Shown piece by piece: positions 12,420-25,281 of a stretch of 64,000 nt of DNA. Source of the stretch: Squalus acanthias (Eukaryota). The stretch is from NCBI GenBank assembly GCA_030390025.1, contig CM059433.1, positions 3,720,001 to 3,784,000 of the forward strand, given 5' to 3'. The notes under the pieces were generated by a model. The model was not told where the DNA came from. It saw only the letters and a list, made by a program, of their open reading frames with translations, and did no database searches. How positions within the stretch are numbered: position 1 is the stretch's first letter; each line of letters starts with the position of its first letter. The position numbers and the translations under genes are program-made.

Positions 12420-14620
12420 AGAGTGGCAGAGTGGGTGGCAGGAGAGCCGACACGTTGTCATCCTGAGAGAAGACAGCAGGTGCTTCTCCCGTGGGGCCAA
12501 GCCTACTCTCCTGGGATTGCGCAGGCCGATCGCCTGAATCATTAGAATGAGCTGCGAGCGCCAATTTCATGTAGACCCTGGGGGGAGGGGGTCTCATGAA
12601 CAGGCATGTGCAGCGCACGCCCTTCCCCCTGCACACCCATTCTCGGGCGTAATCGAACTTCTAGCCCATCACTTCTAAGTGGGGTAACAATGAAGAAAAC
12701 TGGAAATGAGCACTGCCCCACCCAGAAGAGCTGATTCCGATGATCAGATTGAAAAGGCCACCGAGTAGAAGAGGCAGCCGGTGAATTGGACGCCGACAAT
12801 ATCCTCTCATGTACATGACTAGCAGAGGTAATTCTGACCTAGTGTTACCTTAGTCAGCTGCATCATGATCTTGTTAGCTTTTAAGCTGCACATCCTTCAT
12901 TGGTTAGTCAATTATAGTTAGCTTATCAATGGATCTAGTTCACTGCTGTTGCCTGTGGAATTGTATCCAAACACAAGTCATTAATTGCAGGAGAGGAGGG
13001 GAGAAAAATGCGCAAATAAATCATCAGCAACATTAACATTTTAAACCATGGTTGTCTTACAGAAAAATAAATTGCACAGGCAGTTTAAAATATAGTTGAT
13101 TCAAAATAACGCTATAATTCTAATGGATTCTGAGATCTCTGGTAATGATAGAGCTTAGCATCAAACACAAATCTACATTGAAACACAGTTCAAGTATTTC
13201 AAAAACACAGACATTTTATACAGTTTGGATCATTCTGAAAATGGGTTTATTTGTCTTATTTTTATTATATTTATTTAAATGCAAGATGCATGTAAAGGTG
13301 GAAAAAATGCCCCTTGGTGCTTGCGTGATATAATTTTCTGCATCTCATTGTAAGTTTCTCTCCAGTATGGGGTAGTTTTGGGGCCTGGAAGAAACACTTG
13401 ACTAAAGCTAGGTCTGTTTTGAAGAAAGCAATATATTTATAAAAAAATGTTGTTAAGGAAATTAAATTCCTTTATCTGTGCAACTGGGAAATAGCAGTGA
13501 TTATTTAATGCATCATTGCCTATGTTCCCCACTTGGTTGAGAGAAAAAAATAACTGAATTTTCGAATTTACTGATAAAAATGTAGTATTTTTTTCCATTA
13601 AGGAAATCAGATTGGACAGATTTTCCTGTAAACTTATGCAACTTCTTCTAAAATAGAATACACATCTTATATGCGGTTTTTTTTCTCACAGAAGTTCAAT
13701 GGTAGCTGGCTGTCATTTATTTTAATGATAATTATTTCAGGTGTCATTACTGTGATTGTCAGACTGCTCAATTGTCATTGTCCTGAAATTAAAGAGGTTT
13801 ATTTTTTACCAATGTGTAATAGTTTGGAGAGGTAACTTCTTGGAAAGCTGGAGCTGAAGTAAGTGTCGTCACGTCAGATATTTAATACTTTTGTAAAAAA
13901 AATTACTGATGTAATTATTAATGTAAATGCATCAAATCATCAAATCATCTGAGCACACTGGATGCGGACTGTTTTAGTTGCAGTGTTAGGCACTGACAAT
14001 GTGCCTGATTGTCAGATGAATGGTGGTAGCATCCTTAGCCTGGACAACCGCATGTAAGTGTTTAATTCAATTGATGGCAGCGGCATAATGCAGATTACTG
14101 CTTCGAGTGACATTTATGTGGAATTTAATTGGTGGTTGAATCACAATGAATCTATATTACTGTATCTGGCTGTGCATGGATATAACCTAACAGAAGCTGA
14201 ACCCAGATCATCACATTTTATTGTGCATGAGTGCAATTCAATCGACGCAGAACCGAGATTGCGGCACAGAGCTGCACATTAATGCCGAGCCCAGGTTATT
14301 ATGTGCTGGTACACATCAGAGTCATTAAATTCATGAATCAAGTAAGGTTGACAGCTGTGATGCATATGGCTTTGTGCTGCATGATCTTGCTGTGTATTTC
14401 TTAGAGTGTTTTCATTTATATTTTAGAAGTTTATGCGAACATCTGAAATGAAGGACAAAAAGAGATCATTCTGTCCATCAAGCCTGCCCCACCAGACAAT
14501 GTGAAACTGCAGACACCCCTCACCCTTCCCCATCCATAGAATCACCTGAGGGGAGGCAAAATGAAAGAGGCCAATTCAGGAAAAACTCTGGAAAATTCTT
14601 CTTTAGCTCCTTAAGGTAAT

Positions 14621-14838
14621 TGACGTAAGAAAACTACGAGGCACTTGGTCTAAGCATTAAACAAAGCTTTAATCAACTGTTTTACAACATGGAGGCCTAG
14701 TTGTGGCCTTCACTAGTTCCTGTTGAGGAATGTCCTAAGCAAGCTGGGCCCATGCCCGAGTATTTATACTCTCCCTGGACTGCGCCACCAGCAGGCCGCC
14801 CAGTATTACTTCATACATGAATGACAAGATTCATGTCA
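14621..14838 (-). mobile_element. Solo LTR (218 bp)
   Basis: TGAC...GTCA termini, 5-bp TSD GTAAT on both sides, minus-strand TATAAATA and ATTAAA signals. Confidence 0.8.
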
Positions 14839-15412
14839 GTAATCAAACAAGCTCCTGGAGACCATGGCAGCCGATAATCACAACTAAGTGGCAACGTACC
14901 CTCACTTACCGTCTACAACTGGAAATGTCCTCGCCTTTCAAGAACAGGTCAGATTCCCTTTTATAGGACTGGATAATAATAAAAAAGGAAATATTATGTT
15001 ATTTGTTTGAGTTCCTTTTTGTTCTGAGGTTAGGTGACCAGTACAGATTTGTAAATTGTTGAGTTCTCCATGAGTTATCAATTATTATAAGGTTTCATAG
15101 TAATTAAAACTCAGAAGATTTATTTGAAAGGAACAGTTTTATTTTTATTTTCAGCGGAAAAGGTGTATGCGTTGTGCTTGTGCATCGTGACTGTACTGTC
15201 AGATTGATGAAGTCGCATCAGTTCTTAGGCCTTTGACACAAGAAACACGCTGTCACATTTTCATTAGTTATGCATCTAGAGTCAGCAAGCTGACCATCTT
15301 TAAAAGATCTGATTGACTAGACTTCATAAATTATAACCCTTTTTCAGATACAGAGACACTTTATATGCATTTTTTGTTCCAACGCTACCCCCTTTTCTTC
15401 CCTCCTCCCTTG

Positions 15413-16241
15413 AAGATTTTGCCAGCGCTGGGGAGGCGGGTTTGGAGGCGGGACTGCTGGGGAAATGGCAGAATTTGGGGGCGGGTGCCCAATCTGCCCC
15501 CAACCCGCCTCTGTGGCATCTTGCCAGGAGGCGGGTAGCCGTCCCGCACCGGGTCCCGTCTCCTTGGAGGCGGGAAGGGGATTACAACCTATTAACTACC
15601 TGTTTACAGGTAGTTAACAGGCAGATAAGAGAATTATCCCCATTTTTCCCACACAAGTGCGGGCTTCCCGAAGGCTCCGAAACCCTCCAGGGTCACTGAG
15701 GCGAGTACTGGGTCTGCGGGAGTCGGAGGGGTCCAAAAGTGTGCTGTGAAGGTGAGTGATGGGTGCAAGTGTGGAGAGGTGAGTATTTGAGGTAACTGGA
15801 AAGTGTTAGTAAAAGTGTACTTACCTTTGTTTCTTCCTGCAGGCTTCAGTCGGTGGGTATGCAGAGAGTCTCGCACCTCCACGGCAGAGATGACAGATGG
15901 CCGTTACATTCTCCAATGCAACAACCATCTCATTTCTGAAAAAGAAAGAAGTTTGATGAGGTCTTGAATTCAAGAACTCATCAAACTACAGAGAATGTCA
16001 GTGTTTGACAGCTTCATAGAGCTGTCAAACGATGACAATTCATCTGTCAAATATTTGTGACAGATGAAACGTCATACGTTGACGTTCTCTGTAACCGGCT
16101 TTCCCTTAATTGGCCTACTGAGCCCGCTGGGTCAATCAAGGGAAAATAGCGTGGGTTGGCCAGAAGTTGATGGAGGCAGGACTGAAACCCGACAAGTGGG
16201 AGTCCCGCCTCCAAAAGCTCCCCATTGGCAAAATCCAGCCC
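15413..16241 (-). mobile_element. Harbinger-like MITE family B, inverted copy
   Basis: Reverse complement of 4775-5621; ends TGGCAAAATCCAGCCC. Confidence 0.9.
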
Positions 16242-18114
16242 CACCGACCAATAGTAGAGTACAGTTCCACAGATGCTGAAGTTGCACCAAAATCCGCCCA
16301 CGTGGCTATTCTTCACGTGTGCAAGCCTAGACCGTGAGTGTCAGTCGGCTTTTTAACAAAGTGTGCCACATTCGAGCCTAACCCTGTCCTCAGCTGATGT
16401 CTACACGCGCGCACACTTGCCAGCAGGAGCCACTGGATAGCAATCAGGAGTGGGAATGTTGGCTGTGTTGAGGCTGCCGCGAAACACGAATTAAGACTGA
16501 ATCCATGTGTGGAAAACAAAGGCTTTTTAATACAACTGCATGGTCCAAAATGGCTGAAACTAACTGCTCCCAGAATTCTCTGGAAAAACCCTGAGGCCCC
16601 GCCCACTCCTTTTCTCCTGCCTTAAAGGCAAGGTGCCTTAAAGGCAAGGTGCCCGATATCTTGTCCACGGACGGAAAAGTGGATAATGCCCGTTTAGGTG
16701 GCGATCTGCCACAGCTGTTTTTTTTCCCTCCTCTCCCTCGCCCAGCGACATAGAGGTCAACTGAAGCTCCTCTAACACCACTGTGGCTGGAATCAACGAA
16801 TCCAGCACTGACTGATGACCACACTGACTGATTGTGTGATTCAGTGGCACACAAATTCCCTACTGAGCTATGGGAAGAAGACTTTGCATTGTTAATAAAT
16901 TGAAATACCGTAGTCACAAGCACTGAAACATGTCATTTATGTGGGAGTGACGAGAGTTAATTCAAAGCAGATGGAACTGGCTATTTTTAAGGGCAAGTGG
17001 TAAAATAATGGGTGAAGAATTACAGACTCTTTTGAAATGTGGTCGGTAATGAACACTTTTCCGTATATAATGTTACTTTCACATCGTGAAAAACCGAGGA
17101 AAAATAAAATCAATGTATCTCTGTGTGTCACTCTTGTTCATTCAGTTGTCTCTTTAGCACTTACATTGTACTCAGATGCTGACTAAGCCTGTTCGGTTGG
17201 CAGGAAATATTAAATAAAAATATACATTAAAATCTGTTTTTTTTAACGCCAGACTTAGTTTGAATGTCAAATGCTCTGGGAAACCTTTTTTTTTGTTCCC
17301 TAGAAGAAACTGCTGTGAATTTTGAAATCAAAATCCAAGGTAGAAGCAGTTATTTATAATATTAAAAGTACATTACAGGGAATTGTTATTTTCCCTCTAC
17401 ATCTGATCACTACCAGTAAAACTGCTCACTTAATTAGAAAAACATTTTTCTGGAAAATCAAAATGATCAGTTGATCAGCAGTGGGCCTCATACAGGGATT
17501 TTTATAAGAGAATACTGGAACTAATCATGAATAGAATTGGCCCTAGGAGACAGCAGAACTAGTAGACAAGCTCAACTACCACTACAGGAATGCCATTTAT
17601 AATGCTGTAGGAATTATGTCCTTATTTCTGCCAAATAGCATGACAAAGAATCCCACAGTTAGAACCATCTTATTTATGTTTTAAAAATAAATTATATTTG
17701 TGTTCTTTCATGATAAATATAGCAAATGGTTTTTTTTCTTCAAAGCTCTGTAAGGACTGCCATCCTCTACTTTCAGTCGGAAAAGTGAGATAACCAGTTC
17801 CCAGAATTGACGTCTTGTTATTGAGACAAGATGTCTTCCTTTAATTGCTTCATAAGTAAATGCACTACGGGGTGTGGAACTTAGCCATGCAGACCAAGGA
17901 GGTGCCAAGTTCAGTCACTTGTTCTCCATAGGGTGGCAATAGGGGCGCTAAAATTAGCTTCACTGTCCTTAGCCTCGGGAGGAAACTAAGCCAGTTGTCT
18001 AACAACTGACTCGTGACTATCCTCCTTCGGTAGAAAGTAAGCAGCGTCTCTTTGGGGATGAAGTGGCACCCAGGCAAGCATGAATGATGATGTCTTCAGC
18101 CCTCGCCACAAACA

Positions 18115-18900
18115 CTGTGCCCTCATCACTGATTCCATCCCCTTCACCGCCCATTATCTCTGGCTGAACCACACAATGGTCACAATCTCAGTGTCCTACT
18201 TAACCCTGAGCTGAGCTTCTGACTCCCTATAGACATTCCGTCACAAGGTAGCCTACTTCCAACCCTGTAACATTGCGACCTCCGCCCCTGCCTCCGCCCG
18301 CCTGTCGCTGAAACCCTCATCCATGTTTTTGTTATCTCCAGATTTGACTATTCCAACGCCCTCTCTCGGCCAGCCTCCCATTGTAAACTTCAGCGCATCC
18401 AAAACCTTTGCTGCCTGTGTCCGATGCTGCACCAGGTCCCACTCACCTGTCCTTGCTGTCCTACACTGGGTCCTGGTCCCCCAACACCTCTAGTTCCAAT
18501 TTCTCATTCTTACGTCTAAATCCCTTCATGGCCTCACTCCTCCCTATCTCTGTAACCCCTCCAGCCCTACAACACCCACCCCCCCACTCCCCCCAAACTC
18601 TCCGTTCCTCTGACTCTAACTTTTTGTGCATCCCCCCTCTCTTTGCCCCACCATCGGCATCTGTGCCTTCAGCAGCCTAGGCCCTACACTCTGGAATTCC
18701 TTGCCTAAGCCCCTCCACCTCTCTACTTTCCACTCCTTTTTTAAGAACCTCCTTAAAACCCACTTCCTTGACCAAACTTTGTCAATCTTCCTAATATCTC
18801 TTTGGTTTGGCTTCTATTTATTCTGATTATGCCTCTGTGAAACACCTTGGGACATTTTTCTATATTAAAAGTGTGACATAAATGCAAGTTGTTGTTGTTG
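18115..18900 (+). mobile_element. L2 LINE 3' fragment (degenerate)
   Basis: AETLIHVFVISRFDYSNA and GPTLWNSLPKPL motifs; tail ATAAATGCAAGTTGTTGTTG. Confidence 0.85.
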
Positions 18901-19487
18901 ATTGAATTCAGAACCAAGTCATCCATCTATGACAGACGAGATACGCTGATCCCCTGAACTAGGCAGCATCCAGGGCTCTTGACCAACCAGTCTGACTCAC
19001 TGATGGAATCTGGAGGGCTAGACCTAGCACTGGAAGCTGGGATTCTTTTCACTCAGCTTCAGTTAACCCTGAAAGACAGTGCCCTCATGGATGGGGTGGT
19101 GCCTGTGGACAAGCAGCAGGAAGCTTTCAAATGCTTTGTATTTTTAATCAGTGCAGTTTGTGGCTGGTTAAACTCCAGCAGTCGCCTTGCTCACACTTGC
19201 AGATCCCTCAACCTTGGCCATATCAATCTGTGCCTTATCTCTCCATAGGTGATTCTTAACACTGTGATGGGTTTCTGTGCATGTCAGAGGCCTGGCTCAC
19301 CAAGAGATAATCATCTGGGGTTCCTGCTGCTGATCTCTGTTCAGTGACCCTTGCTGCAAAGCGTTGGTTGAGGACAAGTTTGAGTTCTTCTGTGGTGTCC
19401 CCTGTGATTAAATGGCCCGCTGATTGTCCGAACTCAAAGCATATGAAGGATGTTTACTTGGGTGAGGTATTGGAAAGTTTGCTGACT

Positions 19488-19959
19488 TCAGCTGTGGCTC
19501 AGTGGGTAGCACACTTGCTTCTGAGTCAGAAGTTTGTGGGTTCACAGCCCCCACTCCAGGGACATAAGCGCATAAAGCTAGGCTGACACTCCATTCCAGT
19601 GCAGTGCTGAGGGAGCGCTGCACTGTCGGAGGTGCCGTCTTTCGGATGAGACATTAAACCGAGGCCCAGTCTGCTCTCTCAGGTGGACGTAAAAGATCCC
19701 GTGGCACTATTTCGAAGAAGAGCAGGGGGGTTATACCTGGTGTCCTGGCCAATATTGCTCCCTCAACCAACATAACAAAAACAGATTCTCTGGTCATTAT
19801 CACATTGCTGTTTGTGGGAGCTTGCTGTGTGCAAATTGGCTGCTGCGTTTCCCACATTACAACAGTGACTAAACTTCAAAAAGTGCTTCATTGGCTGTAA
19901 AGCGCTTTGAGACGTCCGGTGGTCGTGAAAGGCGCTATAGAAATGCAAGTCTTTCTTTC
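19488..19959 (+). mobile_element. DeuSINE-like SINE, full length
   Basis: A-box-like TGGCTCAGTGG, B-box-like GGGTTCACAGCCC, Deu-like core, L2-like tail. Confidence 0.9.
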
Positions 19960-21212
19960 ACGCCGTAACATGAGTCACTGTTGTCTGGAGGAGAAGGAGG
20001 TGAGAAGAGAGAAGCAAAAGAAAAAGGCTGCACCAGTTTAACTTGTTCACTAGTTTTTCCCTTGGGACAATGCTTTACTTTCTCGGGACGCCTATCCAGT
20101 CTGGTTAGACCGTGTGCAAAATGACATGGTGCCAAGCACTAAAAATCCAAATATTGCAGCAATAGAAGGAAGGAGATGAATTTGAATTATTTTTGCAGCC
20201 ATTCTCTCGGCAATGTAAAAACAAAAATGGTCAATAATCAAAACTCATTTGATCATTAAATTGTAAGCTTATGTTTCTCTGTGTGCTTGTGTCATTTTAT
20301 TTGAAAAATGCACCTTTTGTAAAGATTACTTGGCAGTAGGGTAATATCAGACAACTAACTTAATTTAAATTCTTAGAGAATTTGAGTGTATAAGTCAACC
20401 ACAGTCAAACGTCGAAATAGTGGAACCACAGCTTGCTTTTATTTCCCGCACTTGCCCAACATCAGGATTAATGAATCCAATGGATTTTTGTACTTACTCT
20501 GAGGTCTCTTTGTTAAGTACCTGACCTGGTATGTGATTAACAAGGTGTGAAATCATTGCTTTAAATGGAACTAAATGAGAATTACTCAAGTATTTATAAT
20601 TCTAACACCACCGGCTTGTTCTTACTCAAAGCTTTCACAGAGCCTTACCTGTTAATTTTTTGTGAAGTGCTATATATTGTATCCTCACTGCCTTGCACAT
20701 AAACAAGTCAGTATAAGCATGTTTTTAATAAATATCTCAGTCCAATCCAGAAAACGATATAAAGATAAATATGCTGGAAATTGGGGCTCAAACATAATGA
20801 GGGTGACATAGTACGGGAGGGCGAACTGTACCTGATACTTCTAAGTGTGCTGAATTGTTTATATGTTAAAGTATGGTGAGTTTTTTTTTAAATTGGACCC
20901 AGTATATAATTTATAAATATATGAATTTTTGTATTTCATTTGGCTGTGCACTTTCACTGTTTCAACATTCACTTCAATTTCTGTGAGTCTTGTAACCTGG
21001 AAAAACACTTCAATAAACTATATTGGACACAAGTGTCCGAGGCAGAGTTCCCCATGACTTGGTAACTGCACTGCCCAATATTGGACGAAGCCATAAAGAT
21101 CAGGAAAGCGATAGTTATTTGATCTCAGCTGGGATTGGATTAAATCAGGCAGGGTTCTTACTTTCAATTACTCTCCAGTTGATGCCTGTTGGAAATTGCA
21201 CAGATGTGGCCA

Positions 21213-21395
21213 ACAACAACAGCAACAACTTGAATTTATTTAGTGCTTTTAATGTAAAGAATGTCCCACGGTGCTTCATGGAGAAGCGTAAGGAAAATGG
21301 GTGCTGAGCCAATTAGGAGGGGTGACCAATTTGCTTGGGTGAAGAGGTAGGTTTTGAGGTTTTCAATGGAGAAAAAGGAGGTGGAGAAAGAGAGG
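21213..21395 (-). mobile_element. L2 3' end remnant
   Basis: CAACAACAAC..TTGAATTTATTTAGTGC is the reverse tail; LKTYLFTQA motif. Confidence 0.6.
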
Positions 21396-22019
21396 TAAGG
21401 ACAGGATCTGATTCGGCTGTGGTTGCCCCCATAGTTCAACAGGTCACCACCGTTCAAGCTCAAGAGTGCATAATGATCACTTGGACTAGATACTGGAGAA
21501 TGTCCACACCATTGGAACTCTACCCTGGTAGAACGCAGTTTGCCTGAGGAGAAAAACTTGAGGAAAAAAAGGATGAATTAGAAGAAAGACCATAAAATAT
21601 ATCAGGCAAGTGGCACCAATGTTAGAGTTAAAAGTTAGAGTTACTTTTGTTCTGAAAGTTGATTTCTGAACAGTTGGCTATGTAATTCAACACTGTTGAA
21701 GATAAACATGCAAAATAACAGATGAGAATGGGAAAGGAAACCACACTTCAACTGAATGGAATTTTACACAGTTGTTACTGAACAAAGAAAATGAATACAG
21801 TCGTTACTAGGCAATGAAGCCAATTCAGCCAGGCCACATGGCCAAGCTAAGATTTCATAAGTAGGGTAATAAAACCGGGCAGGGAGGGCACATGTTTTCT
21901 CTATAAGATGGACTCAGCCAATTTGTTGTTGATTGAGGCTTGATAGGACCCATTCATTTATGTTGCTTCAAAGTAGCATGTGGCAAAATTTCCATCACCT
22001 GATTTCCACCGTGCTTATT

Positions 22020-22347
22020 CCCCTCATCAGGGAATCTAGAACGAGGGGGCGTAGTCTCAGAATAAGGGGTCGGCCATTTAAGACGGAGATGAGGAGGAAT
22101 TTCTTCTCTCAGAGGGTCGTGAATCTTTGGAATTCTCTACCCCAGAGAGCTGTGGAAGCTGAGTCATTGAATATATTCAAGGCGGAGATTGACAGATTTT
22201 TGAGCAACAGGGGAGTCAAGGGATATGGGGAACGGGCAGGAAAGTGGAGTTGAGGCCAAGATCAGATCAGCCATGATCTTATTAAATGGCGGAGCAGGCT
22301 CGAGGGGCCGAATAGCCGACTCCTGCTCCTACGTCTTATGTTCTTAT
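22020..22347 (+). mobile_element. CR1 LINE 3' fragment
   Basis: ESRTRGRSLRIRGRPFKTEMRRNFFSQRVVNLWNSLP plus hairpin tail. Confidence 0.95.
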
Positions 22348-22899
22348 TCTGAAGCAAGGTTGATAGTAGCATATTTGTTTTTTTAACTTACTTAAATGAT
22401 CTTTTCACACATTAAATCTGATTGCTTGAACTTCAACCAGTGGAGATCAATCTACCAATAAAATGCTTGTACTTCTTCAGTACACAGAAAGTTTCCTTGT
22501 CAGTGAAGTAAGGAAAAGTTGCAACAGATTAATAATAAAAGAGGGACAAATGCAGAAAGAAAATAGAGAAAGAAACCATGAAGGATTGGAGAGAGAGGGC
22601 TAAACATACTGGGGGTTATTTGGGGGAAAGGGGGAAAACAGGTGCTAAGTGGGTGCTGTGCTAATAAGACACGTCTGTTTAAAGTCTGGTTTTAGCCTGC
22701 AATTTTGTGGCTAATTGGTGATCACCATGATTTAAACGTGTCTGCAGGCGCTAAAACAGACACCTGCAGGTTTAGCACTCAAACGCTGATTAGAAGCAAT
22801 TTTCGTGGAGCTCTATATGTCGCCTCCTCGCACCCACTTCCACTGAAGGTGTGGAGCGTGCTGGCTGGCACACAGTGGCATGGTGCAGGGTGGCTCAGG

Positions 22900-23000
22900 G
22901 ACCGAGGGAGAGGGCGCACAGGTTCTCGGACGCGGCACTGGAGGTCCTGGTGGAGGCGGTCCAGAGGAGGAGGAATGTCCTGTACCCACAGTGGCAAAGG
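22900..23000 (+). pseudogene. Harbinger Myb/SANT-like DNA-binding protein, N-terminal fragment
   Basis: RERAHRFSDAALEVLVEAVQRRRNVLYP matches the Myb/SANT-like (MSANTD/NAIF1-type) N-terminus. Confidence 0.8.
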
Positions 23001-23033
23001 AGTCCAACTCGCCCTCCTGTCCTTCTCTACGGT

Positions 23034-24082
23034 AATGAGAAGTCGCACAACACCAGGTTATAGTCCAACTGTTTTATTTGAAATTACGAGCTTTCGGAGC
23101 GCTGCTCCTTCGTCAGGTACAGTGAGGGAATACAAATCAGTTACAAAGCATATATAGACAGAGAACAATGTGTCTGCAGAGGTATAATCCGTCAGGGAGG
23201 CATTACATCAAAGACACAGCAGAGTACAGCTAAGACAATGAGGTGGGGGTCACAGGGGGTCCAACGTGTCAAATGCTGCAGTCTGCAGTTAAGCTTTTTA
23301 CTTTTTTTTTTAAACTGGAAATCACATCTGTGAACAAGACAACGACGACTCTAGTCTGGACTCTAGCCTCGACTCTAGTCATGTCCTGTAGCGTGACATG
23401 AAACCGAGATCCCGGTTGAGGCCGTCCTCATGGGTGCGGAACTTGGCTATCAGTTTCTGCTCGATGATTTTGCGTTGTCATGTGTCTCGAAGGCCACCTT
23501 GGAGAACGCTAACCCGCAGATCCGAGGCTGAATGTCCTTGACTGCTGAAGTGTTCCCCGACTGGGAGGTAACAATCCTGCCTGGCGATTGTTGTGCAGTG
23601 TCCGTTCATACGTTGTCTCAGTGTCTGCATGGTCTCGCCGATGTACCATGCTGCGGTGCATTCTTTCCTGCAACGTATGAGGTAGACAACGTTGGCCGAG
23701 TCACATGAGTATGTACCATGTACCTGGTGGGTAGTGTCCTCACGTGTGATGATGGTATCTGTGTTGATGATCTGGCATGTCTTGCAGAGGTTGCCGTGGC
23801 AGGGTTGTGTGGTGTCGTGGTCGCTGTTCTCCTGACAGCTGGGTAATTTGCTGCGAACGATGGTACTTTTGAGGTTAGGCGGCTGCTTGAAGGCGAGTAG
23901 TGGAGGCATGGGGATGGCCTTAGCAAGGTGTTCGTTGTCATCGATGACATGTTGAAGGCTGCGAAGAACATGGCGTAGTTTCTCCGCTCCGGGGAAGTAC
24001 TGGACGACGTAGGGTACTCTGTTGGTTGTGTCCCGTGTTCGCCTTCTGAGGAGGTCTATGCGATTTTTCGCTGTGGGCCCGT
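23034..24082 (-). mobile_element. Penelope-like element 3' portion (GIY-YIG endonuclease plus terminal region)
   Basis: CHGNLCKTC...NVVYLIRC...WYIGET...LRQRMNGH...PVGEHF GIY-YIG domain (ORF 23478-23909); flanking near-direct repeat CTTCTCTAC(G/A)GT. Confidence 0.9.
23085..23119 (-). ncRNA. Minimal type I hammerhead ribozyme (Penelope-associated)
   Basis: Minus strand UAC-CUGACGA-A-GGAGC-AGC-GCUCC-GAAA-GCUC-GUA: intact core boxes, 5-bp stem II, palindromic AGCU stem III, 3-bp stem I. Confidence 0.8.
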
Positions 24083-24094
24083 CTTCTCTACAGT

Positions 24095-24545
24095 GTCAGC
24101 TGTGGCTCAGTGGGTAGCTCACTCGCCTCTGAGTCAGAAGGTTGTGGATTCAAGTCCAACTCCAGACACTTGAAGCACAAAAATCTAGGCAGACACTCCA
24201 GTGCACTGCTGCACTGTCGGAGGTGATGTCTTTTGGATAAGCTGTTAAACTGAGGCCCCGTCTGCTCTCTCAGGTGGACGTAAAAGATCCCATGGCACTA
24301 TTTCGAAGAAGAGTAGAGGAGTTATCTCAGGTGTCCTGGGGCCAATATTTATCCCTCAACCAACATAACAAAAACAGATTATCTGGTCCTTATCACATTG
24401 CTGTTAGTGGGAGTTTGCTGTGCGCAAATTGGCTGCCACATTTCCTACAACTGTGACTACACTTCAAAAAGTACTTCATTGTAAAGCGCTTTGGGACATC
24501 CGGTGGTTGTGAAAGGCGCTCTAAAAATGCAAGACTTTCTTCTTT
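24095..24545 (+). mobile_element. DeuSINE-like SINE
   Basis: Same family as 19488-19959. Confidence 0.9.
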
Positions 24546-25281
24546 TTTCTTTCTCTCCTACAGCAGCTGGTACTGCTCCGTCTGGCCTCATCTCCTCCTC
24601 ACATTCCTCCTCCAGACGACCAAGGTGGACCCTTAGCAAGATCTCCAACACCAAGCAGTCCCTTTCTCCTGGTGACTCCTATAAGGTCTCCAAGAAGGTA
24701 GAGTAGCACAGCACTCACTCTCTTTAGGTGAAGTCTAGAGAAAGTGTCAAAGAAAGTCTCCCGGTATGTCTCAAAAGTCCTCTCCAAATGCGGTGTAGTC
24801 AGTCGATCTCCAGCAACAAGTGAACAGTGAAAGCTGAGCATGGCTTTAAGTAGCGCTAGAAATCCTTACCAACGACATTTTTACTCCTGTTCAGTTGGTT
24901 GCTGTTAGGAGAGGTCGTTAATTGCAGCGCCAGCCAGCAGCCTCCTTAATGAGCGCTAGCAGGCAATTTAATTGTCAATCATTAATTATTTTTATTCGTT
25001 CATGGGATGAGGGCGTCACTGGCAAGGCCAACATTTATTGCCCATCCCTAATTGCCCTTGAGAAGGTGGTGGTGGGCCGCCTTCTTGAACCGCTGCAGTC
25101 CGTGTGGTGATGGTACTCCCACAGTGCTGTTAGGGAGGGAGTTCCAGGATTTTGAATGAGTGATCATGAAGGAACGGCGATATACTTCTAAGTCAGGATG
25201 GTGTGTGACTTGGAGGGGAACTTGGAGGTGGTGGTGTTCCCATGCGCCTGCTGCCCTTGTCCTTCTAGGTGGAAGAGGTCA

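Larger units (their letters stand above)
11330..12795. mobile_element. Decayed Harbinger remnant interrupted by two CR1 fragments
   Basis: Acidic tract then ARALIDQLTQRYFT* (about 11350-11478), resembling the C-terminus of HARBI1-like transposases; GC-rich terminal region ends near 12793. Confidence 0.45.

Noticed and set aside
19249..19461. Strong acceptor (CTCTCCATAG) with a downstream GTGAGG
   Set aside because: Stop codons in all three frames; at most a non-coding exon, and unsupported
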